A DNA stretch of 64,000 bases from Lingula anatina (lineage: Eukaryota > Animalia > Brachiopoda), in NCBI GenBank assembly GCA_051362555.1, contig CM120648.1, forward strand, positions 9,916,587-9,980,586, read 5' to 3'. This document shows, piece by piece, positions 1 through 12,586 of the stretch (positions are counted from its first letter, which is position 1; each line of letters starts with the position of its first letter). The notes beneath the pieces were generated by a model, which was given only the letters and a program-made list of their open reading frames with translations, was not told the DNA's origin and searched no databases. Position numbers and translations under genes: made by a program.

Positions 1-179
1 ACCGAGCTTGACTTTTAAAGAAGCGGAAGGGCCACTAGGAACTTACGTTTGCCTGGCACTTTCAACATTAAGTTGTCACGTTATTCTAATTTCCTTTTCA
101 GATATAATCTATTTCCCATTACTTTTTATCTTTAGAATTCTTTGAACTATATAAGTGAAACCGGGGACTAGGGACAAAT

Positions 180-3100
180 ATGACGACAGCGGCAATCGTC
201 GCTATACTGTGGTGAGTTGATACACTTATAGTAGGCTATCTCAGTGAATGTTATATTGTTTCTATGTAATTATATCTTATTTGAATACAGATACGGTGAT
301 GACGCGATCATTTCAACCCGGAAAATTGTGAATTCTACAGATAATTTATTTTTTTTGAGTAATAAATTCTTAAAATAAGAATATTCATATTGAGTGGTAG
401 CAACACAATTGAAAAGCAGACTATATATGTATCTTTATTATCTTATATATAGCTCTATTCTTTATAGTAAAAGCACCAAAATGTTACATAGAAATGTACA
501 GACTTGACATTTAATATGGAATATTTTTTTCCAAATCATTTTTCATCAATTTTTTTCTATTTTGCTGACTGATAAATGAAAATAAATATTAAAATCGTGT
601 TTTAATAACTTTCAATTATCTCTTTGATATCATTTTGACATCAGTCCATTAATGGAATTCGCCAGAGAAGCAAACAAAAACACATTGCCTATTCTATGTC
701 ATACGACAACAATTAAAGGAGATATTTTGGATCTCCATATTTTCCAAATAATTTTCTGTAAAAGAGATACACGCCTCACAAAGAACCCCCATGTCAGTGT
801 CTAGTCACAGTAACGGTCGCTGTTACGCTTGACCTCTTCTGTTTGCTACCAGCGCTCTTAAGTGGCAAGGCATTCCTTGGGTTAGGTTTTTAGAGTTCAA
901 TCTGGAATAACATTCCAGGCATCGGTCAAAATCTGTCCAATTTGGTCCAGTTTTGTTGTAGGACATGTAGGCCATTGATTCGGCGAGTAATGGCCTACCC
1001 ACATATTGTCTATGTGGTTCAAATATGGCGATTTTGATTACCAAGGTAGCTGCTCATTCCCTTGGTTTTGTAAGTAATCTGCTATTAAAAGTGCTATGTG
1101 TGTACCGGGAATTCCACCGTGCAACCTAAAATTGTTCCTAAGGTGCCCCCTATCAAATGATAGTCAAGTGGTTCTCAGATTATTCCTTTATTTGATCTGG
1201 TTCAGGTTTTCGTGGATGACCATCATTGGTGTTTTGGCACCAATGTGGTATCCACTCCAATTACTGAAGCTGTTAATGACCTTAGTCACTTTAGACGCGG
1301 CACACGCTTAGTCGTTGGCCTCTTCTGGATGTCTGTAAACTCTGTTTTGACTGGTTGAGCGGTACAGGTGAAAGCTGACCTCAATAAAGAAAGTCACGAG
1401 GTTTCAGTGTTCAACTCAGAAACGATCAGGGTCCCCAATTCATTAGAGAAACATACAACGATGTTTTGCTGTTTACAGTGGGTTTCCCTGAGGTCGTCTG
1501 GTATTCTAACCAGCTAAAACCAGTTTGGTATTCGCTAAGGGCCTTGAAAAATGCGTTTTGGTGGCAATTTACCCCTCATTCTGAACGGACTGGGTGGTTT
1601 TTGTTTAGTTGCAATAGCATATCCCGACAGACAGTGGGTCCTGTACCCTGGTGGTAAGATTTCAATACGTTGGTTGTGGCCTCTGTGTAGGTACATCAGT
1701 CTGGGCATTACTCTATAAAACTGTGCGGACCGTTTCGTTTGGCGCAATTTTCTGTCTGGCAATGTCTGTCTTTTTCGCGGCATTCTGCCACAGATAAACA
1801 AATATGCAGAGCACTGCATAGCTCATTTTACACCTTGCAAAACCGACCACCTGCATGCAAAATTTCAAATTCTTCTATGCAGTAGTTGCCGACATATGGA
1901 TACTTTTTTGACAGAACCATGCTTTGCCAAAGCAAAGCTTTGACCTGCCCAAAGGAGCACTACCCAATTAAATCACTGCATATTACATAATGCAGCAGCG
2001 CAACTAACCTGGTATTCAATTAATTGGAAGCGACACACCTGACTACACACTTCTCCATTCACATATCGTATATGAGATCGGAGTTTTTTAAAAAAAGAAT
2101 GCATTTTTACCTACGCATACCTTCGAAACTGAAATATTCCATATTAAATGTCAAGTCTGTATTTTAACGACTACCAGATCTGAAAAAATTGATAATTTTT
2201 CCTGGTTGAAATGACCTAGCCATTTCCGTAGTAAGCTTACAGACTGTGGATATTTTCTTCTCACCCATGGCCACCTCTTTCCATGTCATTGCTGGTGGTT
2301 TCCGTCTCATACAGCCACACGTGTTTGAGATTAAATTTTGCTTCACTATACTGGGCAAATTTATATGTGGCCAAAAGAATGCTACAAATGACTGAAGGTA
2401 ATCTTCACGCGTTTGAACATATCCCACAGTCATGCCTTAAATGTCCTGCAAAACTGCTATGATCACCTAATTCAGACCCTGAAGACGACAAAATGCTTCA
2501 CACAATTTTAAGTGTGCCTGAAGCGTACCTGGTGTCGTTGTTATTTTCTCAGACCTCTCAACTGCCATGTCTGGTAGCTTGCAATGTCTGTATTACACAC
2601 GGCACAGGACCGCGATTCTAAACAGTGTTTCAGATACATGTAGGAAATGAAAATTGCCCACTGCTTCAGGAAAGTTCATGCTTTCTTTACCTTATCCAGG
2701 CTCGTAGCCAGGGGGGGGGGGGGGGGGGGGGGGTTCGGGGGGTTCGAAAGAACCGCCCCTTTTGGTGAGAAAAGGTCCACTCTGGGTAAAATTTGATGTA
2801 GGTTCGTGAATTTTTTATGGAAAAAGGTCCACTATTTCAGAAAAAGAACCCCCCCTTTTGAAGTTGCTGGCTACGGGCCTGTTATCCTTTGTAAGTCAGT
2901 GCTGTTGTTTATTATGTATTGCTAGAACCGCGTTGAAACGATGTAAAGATTTCGTATTGTTTAAATTGAAAGGAGCCAGAAGATCTTATAATTAAAGGTT
3001 TACTTAGCCTTTGAAAATTAATGTCTAAGGGTGTATTGTTATTAATATTATTATCATCATCATTGTTGTTATAGTTGTTGGTGGTGTTATTGTTATTATT

Positions 3101-6100
3101 GTTATTGATTTTGTTGTTATTGTTGTTGTTGCATTGTTGTCGTTTAGGTGCCTCGTCACCGTGACCACGTCCTCTGGAACTTTAGATGAGTCTGTACAAA
3201 ACATAGATGGCGACACGGAAGATGGCTATACAAATGTTTGGGCCGTGGAAATTGCAGGCGGCGAGGATGTAGCAAGGCGACTGGCACTAAAGCATGGGTT
3301 TGAGCACATAGCAAAGGTATACCACCGACTATAGTTAACATTAATTAGCTAGACATTACAGTAGGAGCAAATAAAAAGACTTTTAAAGTTAGTCATAACA
3401 GAATAAACGTAATGGCCACTCATTTCAAAGAAGTACAGGCAGGAGACTGTTCCATCAAATTCATTTTACTTGTTTTCACTTTTATTCAATTATTTTTTTA
3501 ATCTATCTATTATACCACAAAAGAAAAAAAAGAACAGTTCATGGAAAATACTAAAATAAAACTAACAATAACTTATTAGAACTAAATAAGATAATGGATG
3601 ACAGCATATAATATAATAATAATATTTAATCTTTAATAAAGAAGCTGAGGGATTAAAATTTTAAAATTTGTTTCTAAGCTAGAAGTATCATTTTATTCTA
3701 CTGTTCCAGATATATGATGATTACTACATGTTTGAACACAAGGACGTCCCGGACTTTGATCGGTATTCCAGTGAAGAGAAGCATGGAACTCTTAGCTCCG
3801 ATCCGGAGGTGTGGTTTGTACTGTATTTATTATCGTTATAAGTTACATTGCGGCGCCATTAGTAAATGTTTTAAGTTTGGTAGTGCATACAGACTGTATA
3901 ACCACTAACGCGCAGAGTATAATCATAAAGAAAATGTGGCACCATCTTATATGTCAAGATCTTTTATAATGAAGTACCCAGCTAGCACTTGTATATTTCT
4001 AATTAAAAGCGGGTATTTAAAGAAAAGCACTCTGGTACAATGTAATCAGAAAAAAAAAATTACCTAAAACAGTGGATGCATTTTTAATGAAATAAAAAAA
4101 AATGTTTCACTTTAAAAAATATATCCGTTATCATTCTGGACCAGGTAAAATGGTTGAAACAGCAGAAAGTGGTGAAGCGTTCCTTGTTTGGGCAGACTCC
4201 TGGAGGAACTTTGGGTGTACATGACGATAGATGGCGCGATCAGGAGTGGTACCTTGTAAGTGCCCCCCCCCCCCCCCCCCCCCGTCTCTCTCTCGAACAC
4301 AAACGCCCACACACTGTAAAAATAATTTCTTTAAATCTTATTTTATTCGAGTGGAAAATGTATAAATGTAAACTCTCACTTTTATAACGAACGCTACGTA
4401 TAGTTAGATTAAATAATATTCATTATTTATCCCTTATTTTCTATTATTTATTCAGAACAACACGGTGCTCGGTATGAATATCGTGGAGGCATGGGAACGT
4501 TGCCGCACAGGTCAAGGGGTCAACGTCGCCGTGGTGGATGACGGGATTGATTATACTAATTACGATCTCGCGAGAAATTTCGTGAGTTTTCTCCAATTTT
4601 CAAACACCACATAAACAGTAATGAAACTGAACACCTTTTTTCAGAATATAAACGATGTTGCTGTAGGACACTCTTTAAACAAAATTTATGGTTAACACTG
4701 TTTGTGCAGATTTTGAAAACAGCTCACTTATATGATTGCATGACCTCTGAAGATTAAGGAAAAATAGAGAAGATGGTAAGACATATACAGAAGTGAAAAG
4801 GCTAAGCGCACTCAGATAACCCACAGAATGAAAACTTTCTTTTAAAACTTAAATTTATGCTTATCTTTTGGTTTAGGATTTGTTTAACAGTTACGACATG
4901 CAGGTGGATAGGAAAACCCCCATGCCGGGCATTGCAAGCGACAGGTGGGTTACCATGACAACAACACACTATCTCATCAGCACCCATCTATTAGTTATTG
5001 GTCGCCATTTTGCAATAGACTAGAAGGCGCCATGTGACCATGTGACCCGGTACATAACATTCTATTTGAGTTCAGTTCATTTACTCTGTGGCACTGCACT
5101 ACATTTTAACGAGAGTTAAAAAAGTCTGCTTTCAGGCTTCATATTTCTTTGGTAGAAAAGGGTCGAGCCAAGTTGTGTATCTTATCTATTATCTTTTTTT
5201 GTAGCCATGGTACCTCCGCCGCTGGAATAATAGGGGCTGAAGCCAACGACTTCTGTGGAGTAGGGATTGCCTTTGACGCAAACATAGCAGGTACGGCATT
5301 ATCCCCAGTTTTCATACATCTAGCGTATGTTTATATACCGGTAGGCCTACAAAAGAGACACTTATATATTTAGCATTTAGTAGTATTTAGTAGATAGACC
5401 CATAGTATTTCATAACATAACAGATTAAAACAAATTGAATTGTTAAGATAGGATTGAATGTAAGGATAAAACAGGATAAAATGGCATATCAGAGTTGAAT
5501 GTGAAAATTTGAAATGGAGTGGAGTGGAATAAAAGACTATAGCAGACCACTACACAAAATATATAAACCAGTATCATTGTGAAAGGGTCTAGTTATATTT
5601 GGTTGGCACACATTTCTTTCTTTTGTTATAGGTATCCGTATCTTTGGCAATAAACGCATCACAGACGCTCTGGAAGCACGTGCGTTGACCTACAACATGG
5701 AGACCGTGGACGTGTACTCTTGTAGCTGGGGAATGGCGCGGACAGGGTTCGATCTGAAAGCCATTGGTGAGCTGTCCAAGGGTGCCATGAAAAAGGGAGC
5801 AACAGAGGTTAGTGTGGGTCCCACGTGAGATCGCACCCATCAGTCCTTCCAGTATCAGCATTAAGGGAAGGGAGGTGATTTTGGTAGCTGTGGGGTTTGG
5901 CGGTCTTAAGGGGTTCAATTGCTCTGTGACATTTCGATTCTGCCTGGTACATGAAAATCCGCATTAAGTGTGTATACACGTACCAGTATAATATATGTAC
6001 CACATCTACAAGAAACTGTCGTTTACCATATTTTGTATAGTAGCATATGACGAGCTAGGCTATTACGATCTACTACATAACCTGTCTTATAGTATAACGT

Positions 6101-9100
6101 GTGGTTTTGCTTTTATAAAAAAAAACATTTTTTTTCTTAATTAGCTATGAAATTAAGCATGAAATAGTTTTAGATAACACTAACATTGAAAAATTCTTAT
6201 GATTATTAACATGTATGAAACGGTGAATCTTTTAAATAAAAATCACTGTATATATTTGTTAGGGCCGCGGTGGAAAGGGGTCCATTTACGTGTTTGCATC
6301 CGGTAATGGCGGCACCAATGACGACAGCTGCGCGTATGACGGGTTTGCAAACAGTATCTACACCATTCCAGTCGGCGGACTCACTCATAGAGGGCGCAAG
6401 TTGCCAACAGGTGAGAAGTGCAGCGCCATGATGGCGACGGCATACAGCAAAAGCAGCATGGAACCGAACAGATGGTATGATAAGATAGTAAGTATCTTCA
6501 GTGACCTGGATTTTGATTGGATGACAGTCTCACGTGCTTTTTTCGTGTCTTGTTTTTCTGTATTTAGATCGCTATGGTAGCTCTTACACAGGTGGAGAAG
6601 CAATCATCATCATACATCATGCATTTACGAAACGCCTGAATAAGCTTCTTCTGGAGTCGCTATTCGTTGTAAGATTCAAAAGGAATTGTAAGAGGAAGTA
6701 ATGTGGTTCCCAGGCGACACAAATAATAAATAAATAAATAAGTAAATAGATTACACCTTTATTTTTGGTTGTTTTTCCGCAATCGTCAATGTAAATTTTT
6801 ATCTCCAGTTCACCACTGGGTACGGACAGTGGACGTGTGCAGACGACTTCGGAGAATCGTCTGCTGCAGCTCCAATGGTCGCTGCAGTAATAGCTTTGGC
6901 CTTGGAGGCAAAGTAAGTAACGTTTCCTTGAATTTTGCTCTTTTAGGATACATTGAAATGATAGACAATGATTGCAGTAGACATTTCAAGACTGTCACAC
7001 CTTTTAATGTCTTGTATTGCATTGTTACTGTATGGTGAAAATAAAGATCAGTTTTTTTTACAACGATTAAGTATTTGAACGAAACAAATTATTTGCAGTG
7101 ATTTACAGCAATTTGCACAAAATGAAATAAAACTCAATAATCTCGACACGCAAACAAGTACACGTATATTTAACAAGCATTCAATCTTGTTCTTCTATCA
7201 GCCCATCTTTAACATCACGTGACGTCATGCACCTGATTACAAGAAGTGCCAGATCCGACTTTGCAAGGGGCGACCCTAACTCCGGTTGGTTTGTAAATGG
7301 GGCTGGTTTCCATGGTGAGTGACGTTAATGTTTAGCCTGCAATGCGGTAGTAGTTCCAAATTTTAGGAATATAGACAGTGCTTTGTACGTTGTTGATGGA
7401 TGTTATTTTTCAAATTTTCTATCCTAGTTGAGGGTATTGGGGGGGGGGGGGGTCTCCTCCTTAGCATGTAATAGTACTTTCACATATATTTTGTATGCTT
7501 CAGTAATCTACGGACTCGTCTGCATTTGGCATAAAACTCCGCCACTTTTACCATTTTTTTCTTGGTTACAAAGTTGTCACTCTTCTCATTGATAAGGCCA
7601 ACAACAGGTCCGAATATGAACGAAAAAATGGTTGTTCTTGAACATTGTTGCTGTTTTGAGTGGCATATAACCTCGAAATCAAGACTGAGATATTTTTTAT
7701 TAAGGTCGACAAAATGCAGCTTATTGCCAGCAATCTAATTATATAATTAACCGAGAGAGAGAGAGAGAGAGAGAGAGTGCGTGTATGTGTTTTTCAGTCA
7801 CCATTCTGACACAGTTACATTTTGTTGCTCATACTTCAGTCAGTTCCACCTTTGGCTTTGGGTTGCTGGACGCTGCAAAGATGGTGGATTTTGCTGAGCG
7901 GTGGCAAAATGTCCCCGAGCAGACAAAATGCAGCAAACAGATGACGGGTATCAACGGGTATGTATCCGCTAAAATATTTCCTTTATCTAAGCATGAAGTA
8001 AATGTGGAATGGAACTGTAACGAGTCCACGGTTTTTGTTCTATATCTTTTAAAGGGCGGGGAAAAGACGAAGGGTGGCTGTCTACATGTAGATACAAAAA
8101 AAAAAAAAAAAAAAGAAATAAATAAAGGTAAATCAGCCGTATACAAATATAGAACTATGCAACTGTCATCGCACCAGTATTTGTCCGTTTTTCTTGCGAA
8201 ATCTGTCATACTTGTTCTTCGGCATTTTACATGCAAATAACGTGCAAATGAAATTGGACACAAATATGACCCAAATCTATGTGTTGCATGACCATTTTCA
8301 ATGACCCAATAAAAACAGGGTTCGGTTTTCAAAAGAAAAACTTAATGCACGACTTAACTGTAATAACAACCTCACGTGGCACACCCGTGATATACTTAAA
8401 CACCCGACATTATCATGTATGATTATTTGACTTAAAAATAGAATAATTTGAGACATGAAAAAGATTCCAGGTGATCTGTTTTATCCAGAAGCTCAGACTG
8501 TAATGCGACTTTTGCTTTTTTTTCCTGAAATTGTAATTTTCTTAACAAAAACGAACACAATCTTTCAGAAAACTGCCAGGCACAACTACTGTCGACTTTA
8601 AGAGCTGTGATATTAAATTCGTAGAGCACGTGGAAGTGTTCGTCTTCGTGTACTTTGCCGGACGCGGGTACGTGAAGATGGAACTGGAGTCTCCGGCTGG
8701 GACGCGGTCGCTCATGATTCCCGGACGCAAAAATGACCTCTGGTCCAGGTGAGGACCCGGTTACTCTTAACCATTCTTTTCATTGTTCCCGGTATTATTT
8801 TATTAATTTGATCTTTCTGAAGTCCGAGATGGTCAAACAATTTCTGTTTTATGTGTATTTTGCAATACATATGGTGGTTAAATAAATTTTATTATTATTG
8901 TATTGGTTAAGTAAAGCACTATGGTGCAGATATGAGGGTAGATCCTCCTGTAATAATGAGATTAATTCATTATTTTGCTTCGAAATATCGTTATTGTCGT
9001 TTTTTCAAATTAAAAAATCACCAATAATTTATCAGTTCTGGATCATTTTATATAATAATGCCATTCAAGATCATATTGCCTCCGATATACTAAAAGTAAA

Positions 9101-9362
9101 ACGGCTGCACTTTCGAAGTAAATAATTTAAAGTGCTCGCTTTCAGATTTCAATATATTTAACCAATCCAGTGCAAACCACAAAAATGTGGAAGTCAGTTT
9201 CAGGCCCTCGTTTTATCCATGTGACTCTGTGTTTAGGTACCTTGAGTTGAACGTGTCCAGCGTTCAGTTCTGGGGAGAGCAGGGCACAGGAGATTGGAAA
9301 GTCCATATTGGCAGCATCTATCCTGACCAAAATCACACAGGTGTGTGTTATGTGTCTGTTCA

Positions 9363-9445
<83 letters not shown>

Positions 9446-9504
9446 TAGAGACAAAAGAGATCAAAATCACACAGGTGTGTGTTATGTGTCTGTTCATGTG
9501 TGTG

Positions 9505-9567
<63 letters not shown>

Positions 9568-9616
9568 TAGAGACAAAAGAGATCAAAATCACACAGGTGT
9601 GTGTTATGTGTCTGTT

Positions 9617-9693
<77 letters not shown>

Positions 9694-9759
9694 TAGAGAC
9701 AAAAGAGATCAAAATCACACAGGTTTTTGTTATGTGTCTGTTCATGTGTGTGTGTGTGC

Positions 9760-9807
<48 letters not shown>

Positions 9808-9863
9808 TGTAGAGACAAAAGAGATCAAAATCACACAGGTGTGTGTTATGTGTCTGTTCATGT

Positions 9864-9921
<58 letters not shown>

Positions 9922-9973
9922 TAGAGACAAAAGAGATCAAAATCACACAGGTGTGTGTTATGTGTCTGTTCAT

Positions 9974-10015
<42 letters not shown>

Positions 10016-12443
10016 GAAAGAGAGGGAGAGAGAGTGAGAGGGAGAGATGTAGAGACAAAAGAAGATAAAGATTTACTTTGAGTACCTACTGTGATTTTAA
10101 CAAGGCCTAATAGTACCATGGTCAAATTGAAAGTGTTTTAATGTGAGCATGTGTTCATAATGTACTTGGATACAAAACATAAACGACTCACTGCTGACTG
10201 TTTTTATTTTGCTACTTCAAGGGACGCTGTTTGACTTAACAGTAAACATCTATGGTACCAAGGACGGTTTCCCAGTGAAACTCAGCACCACAAATAACAA
10301 CACGTGCAACCAAGGTGTTATCAGTGGGTTTGTCCCCACTCCATATCCGCCATCACGGGCCAGACCCACAGATGTCCATCGTCCCACCCCGGCCCCTTCG
10401 ACCACAATGGCGCCAACCGTCACGAGCACAAGGCAACCTGAGTCCACCACCAAGAAAACGTTATCTTCTTGCCGTTGTTCGTTCTTGGACACAATACAGT
10501 CGTATAAGTTTAGGCTTGTTTCTGGCAGTGTTGGACTAGAAGTGAGCTGCCCTACAGACCTTACTACCACTCAATATAGCACGTGTACATTTATTTCTTC
10601 GCCACTCAAAGGATGGCCACCGGGGAATCAGGCTTGTAACTGTTCCTCCGTAGATTTAAACACGGACACGGGCACGTGGCTTGTCACCTACCCAGACGTA
10701 GAATTCCGGCTACAGGTTCTCTGTCCTGTTGGGCGGTCGAACGGAGGATGCTTTGCCAAAGAGGCACCTATTGGGTCTCTCCCGACTCCCAGTGCTGCTG
10801 CACCCACCTCGACCGCGTCCACCATAACTACCACCACGGGAATGCCCGGATGTAAGTGTGCCCTGAGCGCTGACAATCCCGACCGCTTCCAAATTTACTC
10901 TGAAGGTTTAAGCTATGATGTCACTTGTGGGAAACACTGGGGACCCTCCTCTTACCTCGTATGCCCCTCCCTGACGTCTTTTATCCCTGTTTGGAAAGCT
11001 GAAAATGAAAGCACGTGTGTGTGTCGGCGTGACATGTTCGCGGGCTCGTGGGAGTTGGTCTTTACAAACCTGGCAGAAATCGTGGATGTAGTTTGTCAAC
11101 GAGGCAACTGTTTTGTCAGAATGACACACGGCCCGACCACTGCTCCACCCATCACTACCACAGTGAAAACTACCACCACCCCTTCCCCTCCAACCACAAC
11201 CTCTTCCAAAACCACCTCATCCTCTGTCTGTAAATGTTTCCTCTCCAACACGGCGTCTCTGGGCTCCAACAAATTCAAAATTATGGTGAACCAGAAATCT
11301 CTGGCGGTCACCTGCCCTCGGGCCTTGAGTCCCCCCTTCACCTTGTGCACTTATGTCATTTCGACGCTGGTAGGGTTTCCGCAAAACCCCACCAATTGTG
11401 CGTGCAACGTGACCAATAAACTCCCCACAGCTACAACGTGGACAATACACTTCCCCGATTTCCCCACAAAGGACGTGTTTGCGATGACGTGTCCTCTTGG
11501 GTCGGGGGCCTCTGGTGGCTGCTTTGCAAGACCCATATTCAGGCTTACCACCACGCCCCTGCCGACCACCAAACCCACAACTGTCACCACCCCAACTGAG
11601 TCAACCCCGACCCCAATTTCAACCTCAAAGGCTCCGATCAGTTCAACGACATCCACAGTAAAGCCAGAGAGCAATTGTCAGTGCTACTCAGTTGATTCCG
11701 GAGACTGGGGCCAATTTAAAATTTCCTTCTCCGGCTTAACTTACCTAATCTCCTGCACAGAACCCGGCGTGAAAGATGTGTTAGCACGCTTCTGCACTTT
11801 CTTAAGCATCAACCCTGAATCTTTACCCCAAAACGGCTGCAAGTGTTCGTATAAAGCTGCCTATCAGGGAACTTCGAGGCTTGATATTAAATTCCAAAGC
11901 GGGGCATCTTTGGGGCTGTATTGTCCCGTAGATCGCAAACAGGGAGGGTGTGCGGTTCAGTTAGAGGGGGTTGTTCCCAGCATAGGTACCACAAAACCAG
12001 CAGGGTCAAAACTGAAAACAACCTTTGCACAACCAAAAACATCAACAACACCAACGCAGTTGCCATCATCATCATCAACAACAACAACAACAACGACGAC
12101 GACAACGACGACTTCACTGCCTCCCAAAGACTGCGCTTGTCAGCTCCTAACCTATAGTGTAAACGGGGAAAAGTACGAATTTCTTTTAGCCACTTTCTCT
12201 CAGGACCTGTACTATCAAGTGCAATGTTCAAGACGAGTTTGGTATGCCTCACTCAGCTGTTCTTACCAGAAGAAGTCCCCTACCTACATACAGCAAAACG
12301 AGTTCTGTTCTTGCACGTCCACCGGGAATGGGTATACCTCAAGTTCTTGGGACGTTTCCTTTCCCTATTACTCCTTCCATATTAATATGATTTGTAACAC
12401 CGTGTATGATAACGGTAGGTGTTGGCTTAAAACTACGTTCTAA
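180..12443 (+). CDS. Divergent furin/kexin-like proprotein convertase A (S8B; signal peptide, prodomain, catalytic domain, P domain, long Thr-rich/Cys-repeat tail), ~1310 aa, 15 coding exons
   Basis: Exons 180-211, 3148-3316, 3710-3808, 4145-4255, 4456-4581, 4877-4944, 5205-5290, 5632-5807, 6263-6487, 6809-6912, 7202-7314, 7840-7957, 8569-8748, 9237-9340, 10222-12443; all GT-AG, phases close (3933 nt). Motifs: [14 protein letters not shown] signal, [12 protein letters not shown] prodomain, VAVVDDG (Asp), SHGTSAAG (His), YSCSWG, ASGNGG (Asn), ESSAAAP (Ser), [14 protein letters not shown]...QFWGE P domain. The first coding exon is the least certain. Confidence 0.9.
499..2159 (-). mobile_element. 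Decayed Tc1/mariner transposon in intron 1 of convertase A
   Basis: 28-bp TIRs cagacttgacatttaatatggaatattt (499-526) and its reverse complement (2132-2159), each flanked by TA. Minus strand near 1000-1047 reads [15 protein letters not shown], matching the Tc1 WPxxSPDLNPIENxW motif with stops and frameshifts. Confidence 0.75.
2697..2881. mobile_element. MITE family A, copy 1
   Basis: TIR caggctcgtagccag...ctggctacgggcctg; internal gggggttcgaaagaaccgcccct and aaaaggtccac are shared with the copies at 19729 and 26982. Confidence 0.7.
9328..10060 (+). repeat. Six-unit compound tandem repeat: exon end + splice donor + (TG)n(AG)n
   Basis: Unit caaaatcacacag|gtgtgtgttatgtgtctgttcat(gt)n(ga)n tgtagagacaaaagagat starts at 9328, 9462, 9584, 9710, 9826 and 9938. 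Confidence 0.9.
10470..12440 (+). other. Five copies of a ~90-100 aa 8-cysteine domain separated by Thr/Pro/Ser-rich linkers (C-terminus of convertase A)
   Basis: Pattern CxC..C..C..CxC..C..GxC at about 10470, 10851, 11229, 11676 and 12132, all in one 2.2-kb exon; no transmembrane segment. Confidence 0.85.
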
Positions 12444-12543
12444 GGGTAATTCAAGGTGTTTGGGAGCTTGGAGTGATTTTCTTGAACACTATTAAATACA
12501 GGGTAAAGAAGCAAAAAGCTCAGTAATCTATGACTTTTCTGAC

Positions 12544-12585
<42 letters not shown>
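12544..12585. repeat. (AAT)n microsatellite
   Basis: Direct reading of the sequence. Confidence 0.9.

Positions 12586-12586
<1 letters not shown>

Noticed and set aside
9142-10058. Many overlapping ORFs of poly-CV, ER, HT and SL
   Set aside because: These are translations of (TG)n(AG)n microsatellites; only 9237-9340 is exonic.
10209-12443. 744-aa ORF as a stand-alone gene
   Set aside because: It begins with the last P-domain strand ([13 protein letters not shown]) behind a splice acceptor in the correct phase, and has no ATG or signal peptide. It is the terminal exon of convertase A.
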